DNA from: an uncultured archaeon
GTDB lineage: Archaea; Asgardarchaeota; Thorarchaeia; Thorarchaeales; CAZPUN01
Length of the DNA stretch: 32,000 bases
Assembly (NCBI GenBank): GCA_964589775.1
Contig: CAZPUN010000026.1
Coordinates: 4,557 to 36,556, forward strand
Reading direction: 5' to 3'
A program made the position numbers and the translations under genes. Below, piece by piece: positions 17,625 to 26,812 of the stretch (position 1 is the stretch's first letter; the number at the start of each line of letters is the position of its first letter). The notes beneath the pieces are model-generated. The model was not told where the DNA came from. It saw only the letters and a list, made by a program, of their open reading frames with translations, and did no database searches.

Positions 17625-18551
17625 TTATAATCCGAGATATTTAAAAAAGTCGCTTTTGTGTGTTCTAATTGATTTTATGACTTTGTTTATTGTTTCTTTA
17701 TCGATTTTATTTATATGTAAGCTTTGGTTTATAAACTCCAAAAAGTCTGTGATCGTAGATACCGCAAGATCTGCAAGTTTCTCATTATTAAGCTCTTCTA
17801 TTAGCCCATTAAGAACTTCTGACGGGACTAATTTCGTTTCCATTGATGATAACTTGGATAATAGATTGCTTTTTTTCTCCAATAATTTATTAAAACTTAG
17901 TTCTGGTGATTCATTAATAAGATAGACCTTTTCAATTCCGCCAATCTTAGAATATCCCTTAATAATTTTAAAGTTAGCACGACGTTCAAAAAGTTGATCA
18001 TTTATTTCATTAAGCCTTCGGAACATTGTATTTAGGAAGTCTTTATCGATCAAATTTTCTTTTAAGAGGTACAAGTCCGCCTTATTTATGACAGCTAAGA
18101 GTGGAATTTTATTAATTTGAAAATCGTAATGTTTTCCAAATTTAATTAATAATTCAGAAATTACACGTAAAGCGTTTTTGACTTCAGTCGATGGTTTTGT
18201 TACGATGCTATCTCCAAGAATGAAAACTGGCATGATATATTGCTCATTTGTACCTAAACGAAACGTTTTTTGTATGGATTCATTACGATTTCGAACTATT
18301 TCGGATAGATAGCCTCCGCCAGTTGCTAAGAAATTAATATTTGTTTCTGAAAGTTTCCAAACTAATAAATCGTTATCAACAGTTGTTGTTTCTGTTGGGC
18401 TTAACCTAAGTTTTCCTTGTACAGATATTTCAAGCTTTTTGAGTGCATAACTGACGATGTTAGCAAATTGGACCAGGAAGCTTGTTTTTCCAGTATCTTT
18501 TGGGCCCAATATTAAAATCCAAATTTTTGTTCTGGATTTTCTTCTTATCAC
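17625..18551 (-). CDS. Divergent small P-loop GTPase (MglA/CvnD, COG2229-like) with C-terminal helical extension
   Basis: G1 GPKDTGKTS, G2-like TETTTVDND, degenerate G3 FLATGGG, G4 INKAD. SD GGTGA overlaps the upstream stop codon. Confidence 0.75.
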   Translation of the reverse strand: MIRRKSRTKIWILILGPKDTGKTSFLVQFANIVSYALKKLEISVQGKLRLSPTETTTVDNDLLVWKLSETNINFLATGGGYLSEIVRNRNESIQKTFRLGTNEQYIMPVFILGDSIVTKPSTEVKNALRVISELLIKFGKHYDFQINKIPLLAVINKADLYLLKENLIDKDFLNTMFRRLNEINDQLFERRANFKIIKGYSKIGGIEKVYLINESPELSFNKLLEKKSNLLSKLSSMETKLVPSEVLNGLIEELNNEKLADLAVSTITDFLEFINQSLHINKIDKETINKVIKSIRTHKSDFFKYLGL

Positions 18552-18561
18552 TTGGTTTCAC

Positions 18562-20472
18562 CTATGTTTTTACATATGGCCTTCTCCCTATTATTAAGAC
18601 AGAAAATCTACCAATTTTGTAAATAGGATGCTCTTTGTTCCAGATATTTCGCAAGAGCCATAATAGTGTTGATGGATATTTAGAAGATTCTAGCTTCCTA
18701 TGTTCATATTCTGCATAGCTTTTCTGTAAGCTTTCTGATGTATTATTCATAAGGTCTGCAATACTTTTTAGAATTGTTTCATTACGGTTTAAATATGATA
18801 TAAAGTTATTCGCTCTTTCTATTGGGTTCCTTATACCTTTTCTAAAAGACATAGTCGCAAAAACATCAACTATTTCCTTGAAACCCATTTCTTTACTGAA
18901 TTTTTCATTTTCATCCTCGTCGAAGAAATCATCATTATTGCGTTCGCGACCAATCTGGACTATTAGATTTGATATTGGAGGTCTCGATAGCATATTCCAA
19001 TACGTATAGAAGCTTTTGAGTGAGTATGCCCATGTTGTTAGGGATGTTCTTTCATTTATTGCAAGATCTGGTGAAAGAACAAGATCAATATCGCCAAAAA
19101 TCATGGCTACGAATCTAGTAGAAATTGTAAATGTGAATTCATTTCGTCTTCTTGCATGGTTAAGTAATCTTCTGAGGAATCTAGAAGCAATCATGATCTT
19201 TTCGTTTATATAGAATAAATTACTAAGATGCACTGTATATTCGCGATTAATTTCATATTCTTTACTATTTTCAATTATCCAGTACAATAGGTTTACACGG
19301 GGATGTAATATCTCATCGTTTGGATACGCTAAATTCACATGTTCATTAATTGCTTTAATAGGTTTCTCAATTTTATGAAGGCTATATGCGACAGATATTC
19401 CACTTAATAATGAATGTTGTTCGACCAACTCCTCAGACTTTCGCGATATTAGTTCGATCAATAAAGTAAGCATTGCATCCATTCTATTGCTCTCTAGCAT
19501 AGCTAAGTGAAATGTAAATGGATCCAGCATAATTGGTTTCTTTATGCTATTTTGATAATTTGCTTTTGTAATTATTGCATCATCATTGATGGTGAATTCA
19601 TTCACATTCGGTCCAATATTTGAATGATACATCTCTTTAAATGGTGTTAGTAATATTTCATACTCGCTTCTGCAACATTCATTATCAACCAAAGCTATAG
19701 ATTGCGTTGATTTCATAACCATTAATGATTCCGCAGTAAACATTCTTGGGTGTATATTATTATTAAAAATAGGAATGAATCCCACCCAACCTTGTGATAT
19801 GAATGATGCAGGATAGCCAATAACCTGTTGAATGATATTTGAGGGTTGCTTAATATCCTTAGGAATGTATAAGACAAGCCCGAAATAAATTTTCTCGTTT
19901 TTAAGATTATTAATTAATTCATCACAATTTGAAGCGTTCAATAATTCGATAGGGGTTTCATAGAAAAAGAAATCAATATTATATTTCTCAGGATCAAACT
20001 TCCCTATTTGTCCTTCAAGTTCATTAGATTTATCTTGTTCAGTTTTTACTATTTTTAATATATTCAAGAACAGTCTGCTCAAAAAATTAGTATCGATCTC
20101 TTCAGAAGCACTCTTTTGAATTCTAATTGCTAAGCCGTTTGGAAATGCATTTTTCTTTATTGGAGATACTTGTTGTATTCGTCCTTTTTTCGTATGCACT
20201 TTCCAAAAAGAATCGACGATTTTCTTAACGAGGCCCACTTTTTTATGCGTCGAGTAAACTGATTCTGGATCTCTATATGTTAATGCAGAATAGTCCAAGA
20301 TATTGTACTCTCGACCCATTATCCAGATTTTAGGTCCTTTTGCCTTCTCAGGAAATAAGTCCTTAAATTCATTATCAATGATTGTCAGATTTAATTCTTC
20401 ATCATACGCATCATAAGCAATATCTGTACTTGCCTGAACTAATACGAGAGGCAATGCAAAAGTATATGTCAT
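18562..20472 (-). CDS. Hypothetical protein (636 aa), possible degenerate tubulin/FtsZ-like core
   Basis: Long ORF inside the operon. Residues ~196-265 end in IALVDNE with tubulin/FtsZ-like spacing, but there is no GGGTGSG. The CDS is secure; the fold call is speculative. Confidence 0.75.
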   Translation of the reverse strand: MTYTFALPLVLVQASTDIAYDAYDEELNLTIIDNEFKDLFPEKAKGPKIWIMGREYNILDYSALTYRDPESVYSTHKKVGLVKKIVDSFWKVHTKKGRIQQVSPIKKNAFPNGLAIRIQKSASEEIDTNFLSRLFLNILKIVKTEQDKSNELEGQIGKFDPEKYNIDFFFYETPIELLNASNCDELINNLKNEKIYFGLVLYIPKDIKQPSNIIQQVIGYPASFISQGWVGFIPIFNNNIHPRMFTAESLMVMKSTQSIALVDNECCRSEYEILLTPFKEMYHSNIGPNVNEFTINDDAIITKANYQNSIKKPIMLDPFTFHLAMLESNRMDAMLTLLIELISRKSEELVEQHSLLSGISVAYSLHKIEKPIKAINEHVNLAYPNDEILHPRVNLLYWIIENSKEYEINREYTVHLSNLFYINEKIMIASRFLRRLLNHARRRNEFTFTISTRFVAMIFGDIDLVLSPDLAINERTSLTTWAYSLKSFYTYWNMLSRPPISNLIVQIGRERNNDDFFDEDENEKFSKEMGFKEIVDVFATMSFRKGIRNPIERANNFISYLNRNETILKSIADLMNNTSESLQKSYAEYEHRKLESSKYPSTLLWLLRNIWNKEHPIYKIGRFSVLIIGRRPYVKT

Positions 20473-20534
20473 TTTGCAACCCCAAATTTATTCTCCATTT
20501 TTCATCTATATATAATTATTTATAAGTTGACGTA

Positions 20535-21974
20535 CTATTTAGATTTATTTTCATCCGCACTAATTGTTCTAAGGAGAGTCCTTATTTTTTCGCGATAGCC
20601 ACTAAAGAAGCCCATAATGTCTTTTACAGCGATATCTGTACTTTGGTCTTTAAAATCTTCGAAGATTGTTTCTAAGTTATACTTGTTTCGTTTATCAATA
20701 ATATCTTCATATCCCATCAATTTGAAAATGGATAGCATGGGACCATCGAAATCGATCTGAGCTGCTATCTCTTGAGGTGTAATACGTCCTGCCTTAATTA
20801 AGGCCTCCACAAAAGACACCTGGTCTTTAGATATGGTATTGATTTGCTTTAAGTCATAAATCAGAGTTGATAGGTCGTAATCATAATAAGGAATAATAGA
20901 CAAGTTCAAGATTTTCTGCTTTGTTTCATTTTCATATTTTAGCAATTCAAGAAACATCTTTGCTAGAACTTTAGTAAGATTCTTCAAGACACGTTTCGTT
21001 ATATAGTTTCGAGAGTGGTTCTTTTCGTATGCATCTGTTTCGATCTTTCTGATTTTAGTCTCGTGTTCCTCTACATATTTTCCGATTATATTTGATAAGG
21101 ATTTACTTGATAAAATGATACCATTTCCAATTTGAATATCCGTGTCCTTTGATTTACAGGATTCAAATCTTTCCATGGTTGCTTTGGAATCCTTAGTTTT
21201 GAATATTTTCGATACGAAGGATATGAAGCCTTTCTTTTGAGTAAATTCACCACTCAAAGCGACATAATTATTTATTACGACTTGTACAAATGCATTTTTA
21301 CCCTTCTTCTGCATTAGTTTTCGGAACTTCTCAAGCAGTTCAAATTCATTGAGGAGTGATCTCTTATCTGATAGTACCCCTAATCGCAGAATGTGCGTCA
21401 ATGCGAAGTTCTTAGATGGAATTTCCTCAATTAGATTTTCAACAACTTCATTCGCTTCTTCATACTTTCCAAGCTTTTCACTAAGCCAATTCAGGAAGAT
21501 GAAGTTTCGTACCTCTAGAGTTTCAATGTCCGGCGTGATACTATCGAAAGCAGTATTCGTATCGATTACAATATATTGGTATCCTTCGTGTTCAATTATG
21601 TTCTTAGATCTCGAAATAATTTTCCAGAAATCGTGTGATGAACCTCTATTTGCACCTTTGCTCCAAATGACGCCAACATTCTTTTGTTTTCCAGTTCCTT
21701 TTATATTTATGATGTACTTCTTATATGCAATTCGTCCAGCAATGATACGCTCCTCAACTTTGATCTGTTTCGGACCAAAAATCTTGGCATACATATCAAA
21801 AGTGCCGATAGTAATATCTGCAGCATCCGGATTCATGTCATTAGTATCAATGAGTAAGACATTTAATCCTTCATTGAAGGCCTCGTTAATTTTTACAAGA
21901 GCAGTAATGGTTTTTCCACTACCGCCTTTTCTTGCAGTAATTATATCAAGTATTGGAAAAGACAACGTATTCAT
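20535..21974 (-). CDS. MinD/ParA-family (SIMIBI) P-loop ATPase with long C-terminal extension
   Basis: Deviant Walker A KGGSGKT, A' motif VLLIDTN, Walker B YIVIDT. ATGA overlap with the upstream gene. Confidence 0.82.
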   Translation of the reverse strand: MNTLSFPILDIITARKGGSGKTITALVKINEAFNEGLNVLLIDTNDMNPDAADITIGTFDMYAKIFGPKQIKVEERIIAGRIAYKKYIINIKGTGKQKNVGVIWSKGANRGSSHDFWKIISRSKNIIEHEGYQYIVIDTNTAFDSITPDIETLEVRNFIFLNWLSEKLGKYEEANEVVENLIEEIPSKNFALTHILRLGVLSDKRSLLNEFELLEKFRKLMQKKGKNAFVQVVINNYVALSGEFTQKKGFISFVSKIFKTKDSKATMERFESCKSKDTDIQIGNGIILSSKSLSNIIGKYVEEHETKIRKIETDAYEKNHSRNYITKRVLKNLTKVLAKMFLELLKYENETKQKILNLSIIPYYDYDLSTLIYDLKQINTISKDQVSFVEALIKAGRITPQEIAAQIDFDGPMLSIFKLMGYEDIIDKRNKYNLETIFEDFKDQSTDIAVKDIMGFFSGYREKIRTLLRTISADENKSK

Positions 21975-23860
21975 TCTTTATCCTCCTCTTCTGAAGCTGG
22001 GTTCTTATATATAAGCATCAGATTTGCTATACATACAATGATATAGCTCATGATTGTACCGAACAAGAATTGATAGTAGAAGTTTGTAGTAATCATAAAA
22101 CCGATTGCAGAAATTATAAACATCAAAATCATAACTGATAATTTCAACTTAGAAACTCTAAGATATGTTCCGCTTTTAAGATTTGAAGATTCCAGCAAGT
22201 CTTTTTCTGGAACAATATATCCGACCATTGGCATTATGAGTACAGAAAATAGACTAGCAATAATGAATAAAATAGATTCAACTGTCAAATACATTTGATG
22301 CCCGAAGATAGAAATGTTAAGTGAAATTGTGTTTGTATACATCCTATAGAAAATTAAATTAAAATCAAATTTTTCAGAAATACCAATTATTGTTAGAGCA
22401 GGTACAAATAACGTAATCGTAGCCTGTAAAACATGAAGTAATGTCCTTCGGGAATGATATTCAACCTCTTTTGCTCTAGGGCTTAACTGTTTCAAATTAC
22501 TCATTACTCGGTCTTGTTCCCACAAAGCTCTATAGAAGCTTAAAACCGTAATTCCTACTGAAATAAAAATACCAACCCAATAGCTTGTTGTCGGAAGGCT
22601 CAGCTTTAGCATTGCTATGAATAAAGCGATCAATAGTAAGCTTCCTATGGCAAATAGTATTAGTTCATAGAGTTTTATACGCCGATAGTAGGATTTTCTA
22701 ATTTTTAGTGTAGGCCACATGTAGACCGCAGCAGGTCCCGTGAAATATAGTAGTGGAATTCCATATTCTAATGGTGGTTTCACTTCGCCTTCCCAGAACC
22801 CTCTGACAAATGCCTGACTAAGATAATAGAGACCTTTCGGCAAATCTGAGGAGTTAATCAAATTGATTTCTGTGGGTGTAATATTAAAAATCACAATTAA
22901 TCCTAATCCAATGAATGCAGATAAGAGAAATGTGAATAGGAATGAAAATATGAACTGCTCGGGCTTATCTCTTAACAACTTGAGAGAAGTTATAATACCA
23001 TTCTTATACCGGTATAAAATATTGATCGAGAATAATAGAATAATTGGTGCTACTGAAAATGTTATACCCAGCATTCCAAAGCTTATATAGGGTAGAAACC
23101 AACTTGATACTTCATGACCGGATAATATCAAATAAATTTCATAAACTATGCTTCCTTCTACCATAGAAATGACCATAAGGAGAATAAGCAATCGCTCTTC
23201 GGGCGTCAAATTATGTAATGTTCTAAATGGAAGAAATACAAAAATAACTAAACTAAACAAAATGACAAGAATCGGTATTATGAACGCATGATTAAATCCA
23301 AGTGTGATTGAATAATTCGGGAGAATCCACCATACGTCTCCAGTCTCCGGAAAGAATGCCATACTGAAGATATTGATCATTGGAAATATATCGATTATAA
23401 AAATTACAATCGAGATAATAATACTCTTCAAGATACTTTTACGTTCAATTCGCGTGTATCCATCTGCGTAACAGTCTTTATACTTTGCAAACGGTATCTG
23501 TGAAACTAGCAAGATCAATAAAAATGAAAAAGTCAAAGCATGCATGAACGACAAAATCATGAATGAATTCGAATTTATGCGTGAATAGTTTCCTAATGCA
23601 AGAGATATCAATAATATCGAGAGAAGATTAAAATTTAGGGAGAATTGACCTCCGAAATATAGTGACAAAATGGCAAAAATAAGCATTACAGAAAATCCTA
23701 AGAAGAATATGTTTAGATTTGTATATTCAGACTGTTTGTAATGAATGGCCACATATCCAATCAGCATTAGGACTACTAAAACCATCGCAATATCCAGTCG
23801 CTTTGTTGCTTCATTTCGAAGTCTTTGAAGTTCATTGATGTCCCCACTACCAGTAGGCAT
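21971..23860 (-). CDS. Large polytopic membrane protein (~16 hydrophobic segments), unknown family
   Basis: Hydrophobic segments counted by eye. SD GGGAG supports the ATG at 23860; the ORF track starts at 23947. Confidence 0.82.
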   Translation of the reverse strand: MPTGSGDINELQRLRNEATKRLDIAMVLVVLMLIGYVAIHYKQSEYTNLNIFFLGFSVMLIFAILSLYFGGQFSLNFNLLSILLISLALGNYSRINSNSFMILSFMHALTFSFLLILLVSQIPFAKYKDCYADGYTRIERKSILKSIIISIVIFIIDIFPMINIFSMAFFPETGDVWWILPNYSITLGFNHAFIIPILVILFSLVIFVFLPFRTLHNLTPEERLLILLMVISMVEGSIVYEIYLILSGHEVSSWFLPYISFGMLGITFSVAPIILLFSINILYRYKNGIITSLKLLRDKPEQFIFSFLFTFLLSAFIGLGLIVIFNITPTEINLINSSDLPKGLYYLSQAFVRGFWEGEVKPPLEYGIPLLYFTGPAAVYMWPTLKIRKSYYRRIKLYELILFAIGSLLLIALFIAMLKLSLPTTSYWVGIFISVGITVLSFYRALWEQDRVMSNLKQLSPRAKEVEYHSRRTLLHVLQATITLFVPALTIIGISEKFDFNLIFYRMYTNTISLNISIFGHQMYLTVESILFIIASLFSVLIMPMVGYIVPEKDLLESSNLKSGTYLRVSKLKLSVMILMFIISAIGFMITTNFYYQFLFGTIMSYIIVCIANLMLIYKNPASEEEDKE

Positions 23861-24144
23861 TAAATAATCTCCCTTTGCTTTTGTAATATCATATATGATA
23901 AAACTTGTTTTTAAATATTTTTTAAGGCATATTTCGATTTTTTGCATAAATTTTAAGACAATTTATAAAGATTTATTGAGTTTATTATTGCGGAATATTT
24001 GATATGTTTAGTTTCAGAATCCATAAATATTCTTTTATATTACCGATTTTTTAAAAGAATTTGCTTTTTGAAAAAAAAGTTTTCTCATTTGGTTAGTAAA
24101 TTTTAAATATTTTCTGGGCTCTACAATTAATATGGTGATCTCTT

Positions 24145-24663
24145 ATGAGTACATCTAAATCCATGGAGAGAAAGTTTGCAGGCATTACGATGGCTGCAGT
24201 TATGGCAAGCATTCCACATTTGGGAATTGATATGTCAATAGCGGCTAGAATTACTGGAATACAAATAAAAGAATTGATGGAAAAAAGCAACGAGGAAATT
24301 CCTTACAAGAAAATTTTCGAATATATTAAAGAAAATTTTAAACCCAATAGTTCAAGTGATGAATACGATAAATTAAGAGAAATTCTAAAACTATTCAGAG
24401 AGGCTGTAGCAAAATATTCAATAGGCACTTCCATTGAATATTCAGAAATTAAGGATAATAAATTCGAACTAAATATAAAGAATTGCTTCCATAGTTATGC
24501 GAGGAATGCACTAAACATTTTGGGTATTAATCCACCAATTTGTATTGCATTAGGAGTTACTTCAGCATTAATAGAAGAGATATCTGGAAAAGTCCTAAGT
24601 ATTAAGGACTCCACATATGATCCAGAAACTGAAACATGTCGCCATATAATGGAAATAGAATAA
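24145..24663 (+). CDS. V4R-like domain protein
   Basis: IKNCFH ... PICIALG...ALIE ... TCRHIME three-Cys pattern. SD GGTGA. Confidence 0.65.
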   Translation: MSTSKSMERKFAGITMAAVMASIPHLGIDMSIAARITGIQIKELMEKSNEEIPYKKIFEYIKENFKPNSSSDEYDKLREILKLFREAVAKYSIGTSIEYSEIKDNKFELNIKNCFHSYARNALNILGINPPICIALGVTSALIEEISGKVLSIKDSTYDPETETCRHIMEIE

Positions 24664-24692
24664 TTTTTTCCTGCTCATTTTTTTAGTATAGT

Positions 24693-25382
24693 TCATTTCA
24701 CTATGGAATATTCATTTGCTCTTAACCAGAGTAATCTCAGTGCATCTGCAACATCTTCTGAATAATCTGCAATATCTTCGATGAATTCAATAACATTGAG
24801 GGCAATTACAGCATCTATTGGATCTAATTCGCCTTTCTTTGCGGCGTTCCGAATTACACTAATTGTTTTCATATGTGCAATATCAACGACATGCTCTAGT
24901 CTATCGATCTCATCGCAGCGTTCAAGAATGTTTTCACTTTTACCTTTTACCATATCAAATAGGAGTTCATAAGTTCTCTGGGTGCAATCTCTGCTTCCAG
25001 AATACATTTCGGTTAAGAAACTAGCAATCTTTTTCGCAATTGGGAATTCAAACATATTTAGACGAATTCCAGCAAGATGTGCTGCATCGGCCATGTTATC
25101 TGCAGCACGAGTTAATGTCATTAAATCATCACGTTCTGCGCTCGGGAGATCTCCCACTGTAAGCTCATCCAGAATCTTTCGTCTTAGTGCATCTGCTTCA
25201 TGTTCCATTTGCGATATTCGCTTTATTATGACTTCAATATCGCCTTCTTTACCTTTTCTGTATGCCTTTAGTAGATTATCAAAATCAAGAACTGTATCTC
25301 GAACAAGTTTGGCATGGTCAAGAAGCACCTTATATGCTGCTTTTTCCTTTCGTGTTTTTAGCCATTTTCGTATTTCAGCCAT
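24693..25382 (-). CDS. DUF47 / PhoU-like phosphate transport regulator
   Basis: EHEADALRR, R.DL..L....DN.AD, LEH.VD and EDIADYSEDVAD in a repeated helical bundle. Start placed at MAEIR from the SD. Confidence 0.88.
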   Translation of the reverse strand: MAEIRKWLKTRKEKAAYKVLLDHAKLVRDTVLDFDNLLKAYRKGKEGDIEVIIKRISQMEHEADALRRKILDELTVGDLPSAERDDLMTLTRAADNMADAAHLAGIRLNMFEFPIAKKIASFLTEMYSGSRDCTQRTYELLFDMVKGKSENILERCDEIDRLEHVVDIAHMKTISVIRNAAKKGELDPIDAVIALNVIEFIEDIADYSEDVADALRLLWLRANEYSIVK

Positions 25383-25542
25383 TTTTACTCCCTCTTGCGC
25401 AAATATCAACTCTATTTTATTCTGTTTTTAGACTAAAAACATTGTCGGTTTTACCAATTTAGTTTTGGTTTGTTTACATCTCTCATTTTAAAAAAGTCTA
25501 TATTAATAATTTCAATTTTTTAAGAAAAGGAATAAAAGAGAT

Positions 25543-26700
25543 TTAATCGACATCACAATGCTTCCAGCGATCTCTGGAGCCCTCAATTTTGTCGATTGGC
25601 AAGTCATCTTTAATTAATGTATCGATGAATTTTTGTGTATCATGAATTGCTAGTTCTGGGGGTTTTGCTCCGGCTTCGATTTCACCATTTGCCTGCATGT
25701 ATGATAATAGGGCGATTGGGAATCCTGTAGAACGCATCATTGCAGTAAGATTTGTTTCCTCATCATAATAATCAATCATTTCAAATATGCACTTATGGCT
25801 TCCTTTGCCTTCTATGATTACCTTTAATAGGACAAGATCTTTGCCTTCTTTGGGTAGGTTTTTATCCAATATAGCCTCGAATACATCTCGAGGGCGAACT
25901 TTTTTAGAGCCAACCTTGATCTCGTCTTCACTGGCTAATCCGATGTCCAACATCGCTTTCATAATATTGCAATGACCGGGATAACGAACGGTCTTATAAT
26001 CCAGATTCTGGATTTTACCTTTTAGCGTGTATGGTAGTGTTGATACGCCACCTGACGTATGGAAACATTCCAGAGTTCCAAAAGGTTCTCGAAACTTTAC
26101 ATCTTCAACTTCAGTCATGGATTCAACAGTTTTGAGTTCGCCGTCTCTTATGATAATAGATGGCTCTATGTACTCATTTACGAGACCATGAACTGAAAAA
26201 ACGATCATATAATTCAATGGCGGCTTAGGGTCTTGTGGCAGACCCCCAACACGAATTTTAATCGTATGAGCACCTTTGACGCGGTTGTATCCGTCCATTG
26301 CAAGGATCGAAACTAAACCCGGTGCGAGACCCATGTCTGGGACAATTGAAACATCCGATTCTTTTGCCTTATTATCAAGGGATAATTCTTCTTGGACAAC
26401 ATCATTATTTCCGCCTAAATCCGTAAAATGAACATGTTTTTCAATTGCAACACGTGCTAAGGAAAGATTATAATCATATGGAACTGCAGCAATAACACTA
26501 TCAAGTCCATCAAAAAATTTTAACACATCTTCCTTTTTACTTGCATCTACTTTCATAAAATCATCTATGCCATATGTATGGGCTAATTGTTTTGCATTCT
26601 CGAGGTTAATATCGCCAATTTTTAATTCTACGCCTTTCTTAGACAGGTAATATGCGATTGCTTTACCCATTCTACCTGCGCCTAATACACCTATTTTCAT
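25543..26700 (-). CDS. Saccharopine dehydrogenase family oxidoreductase (lysine 6-dehydrogenase-like)
   Basis: VLGAGRMG, DLGG, GLAPG, VGGLPQ.P.PPLNY, GLVNEY, YKTVRYPGH, TAMMRSTGFP. Confidence 0.9.
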   Translation of the reverse strand: MKIGVLGAGRMGKAIAYYLSKKGVELKIGDINLENAKQLAHTYGIDDFMKVDASKKEDVLKFFDGLDSVIAAVPYDYNLSLARVAIEKHVHFTDLGGNNDVVQEELSLDNKAKESDVSIVPDMGLAPGLVSILAMDGYNRVKGAHTIKIRVGGLPQDPKPPLNYMIVFSVHGLVNEYIEPSIIIRDGELKTVESMTEVEDVKFREPFGTLECFHTSGGVSTLPYTLKGKIQNLDYKTVRYPGHCNIMKAMLDIGLASEDEIKVGSKKVRPRDVFEAILDKNLPKEGKDLVLLKVIIEGKGSHKCIFEMIDYYDEETNLTAMMRSTGFPIALLSYMQANGEIEAGAKPPELAIHDTQKFIDTLIKDDLPIDKIEGSRDRWKHCDVD

Positions 26701-26812
26701 TTTTGAACACCAATTATACATAATTAGAACTTACTGATTCATATAGTGATAAACATCTAATAATATTTTTGGGATTTTAACATATGAAAATAAAAAAAGA
26801 AGAAAAAAGACT

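Noticed and set aside
21349-22014. 221-aa + strand ORF
   Set aside because: Antisense shadow of the MinD/ParA-like gene; no motifs and a Ser/Phe/Ile-rich composition typical of antisense frames.
24781-25462. + strand ORFs opposite DUF47
   Set aside because: Antisense shadows.
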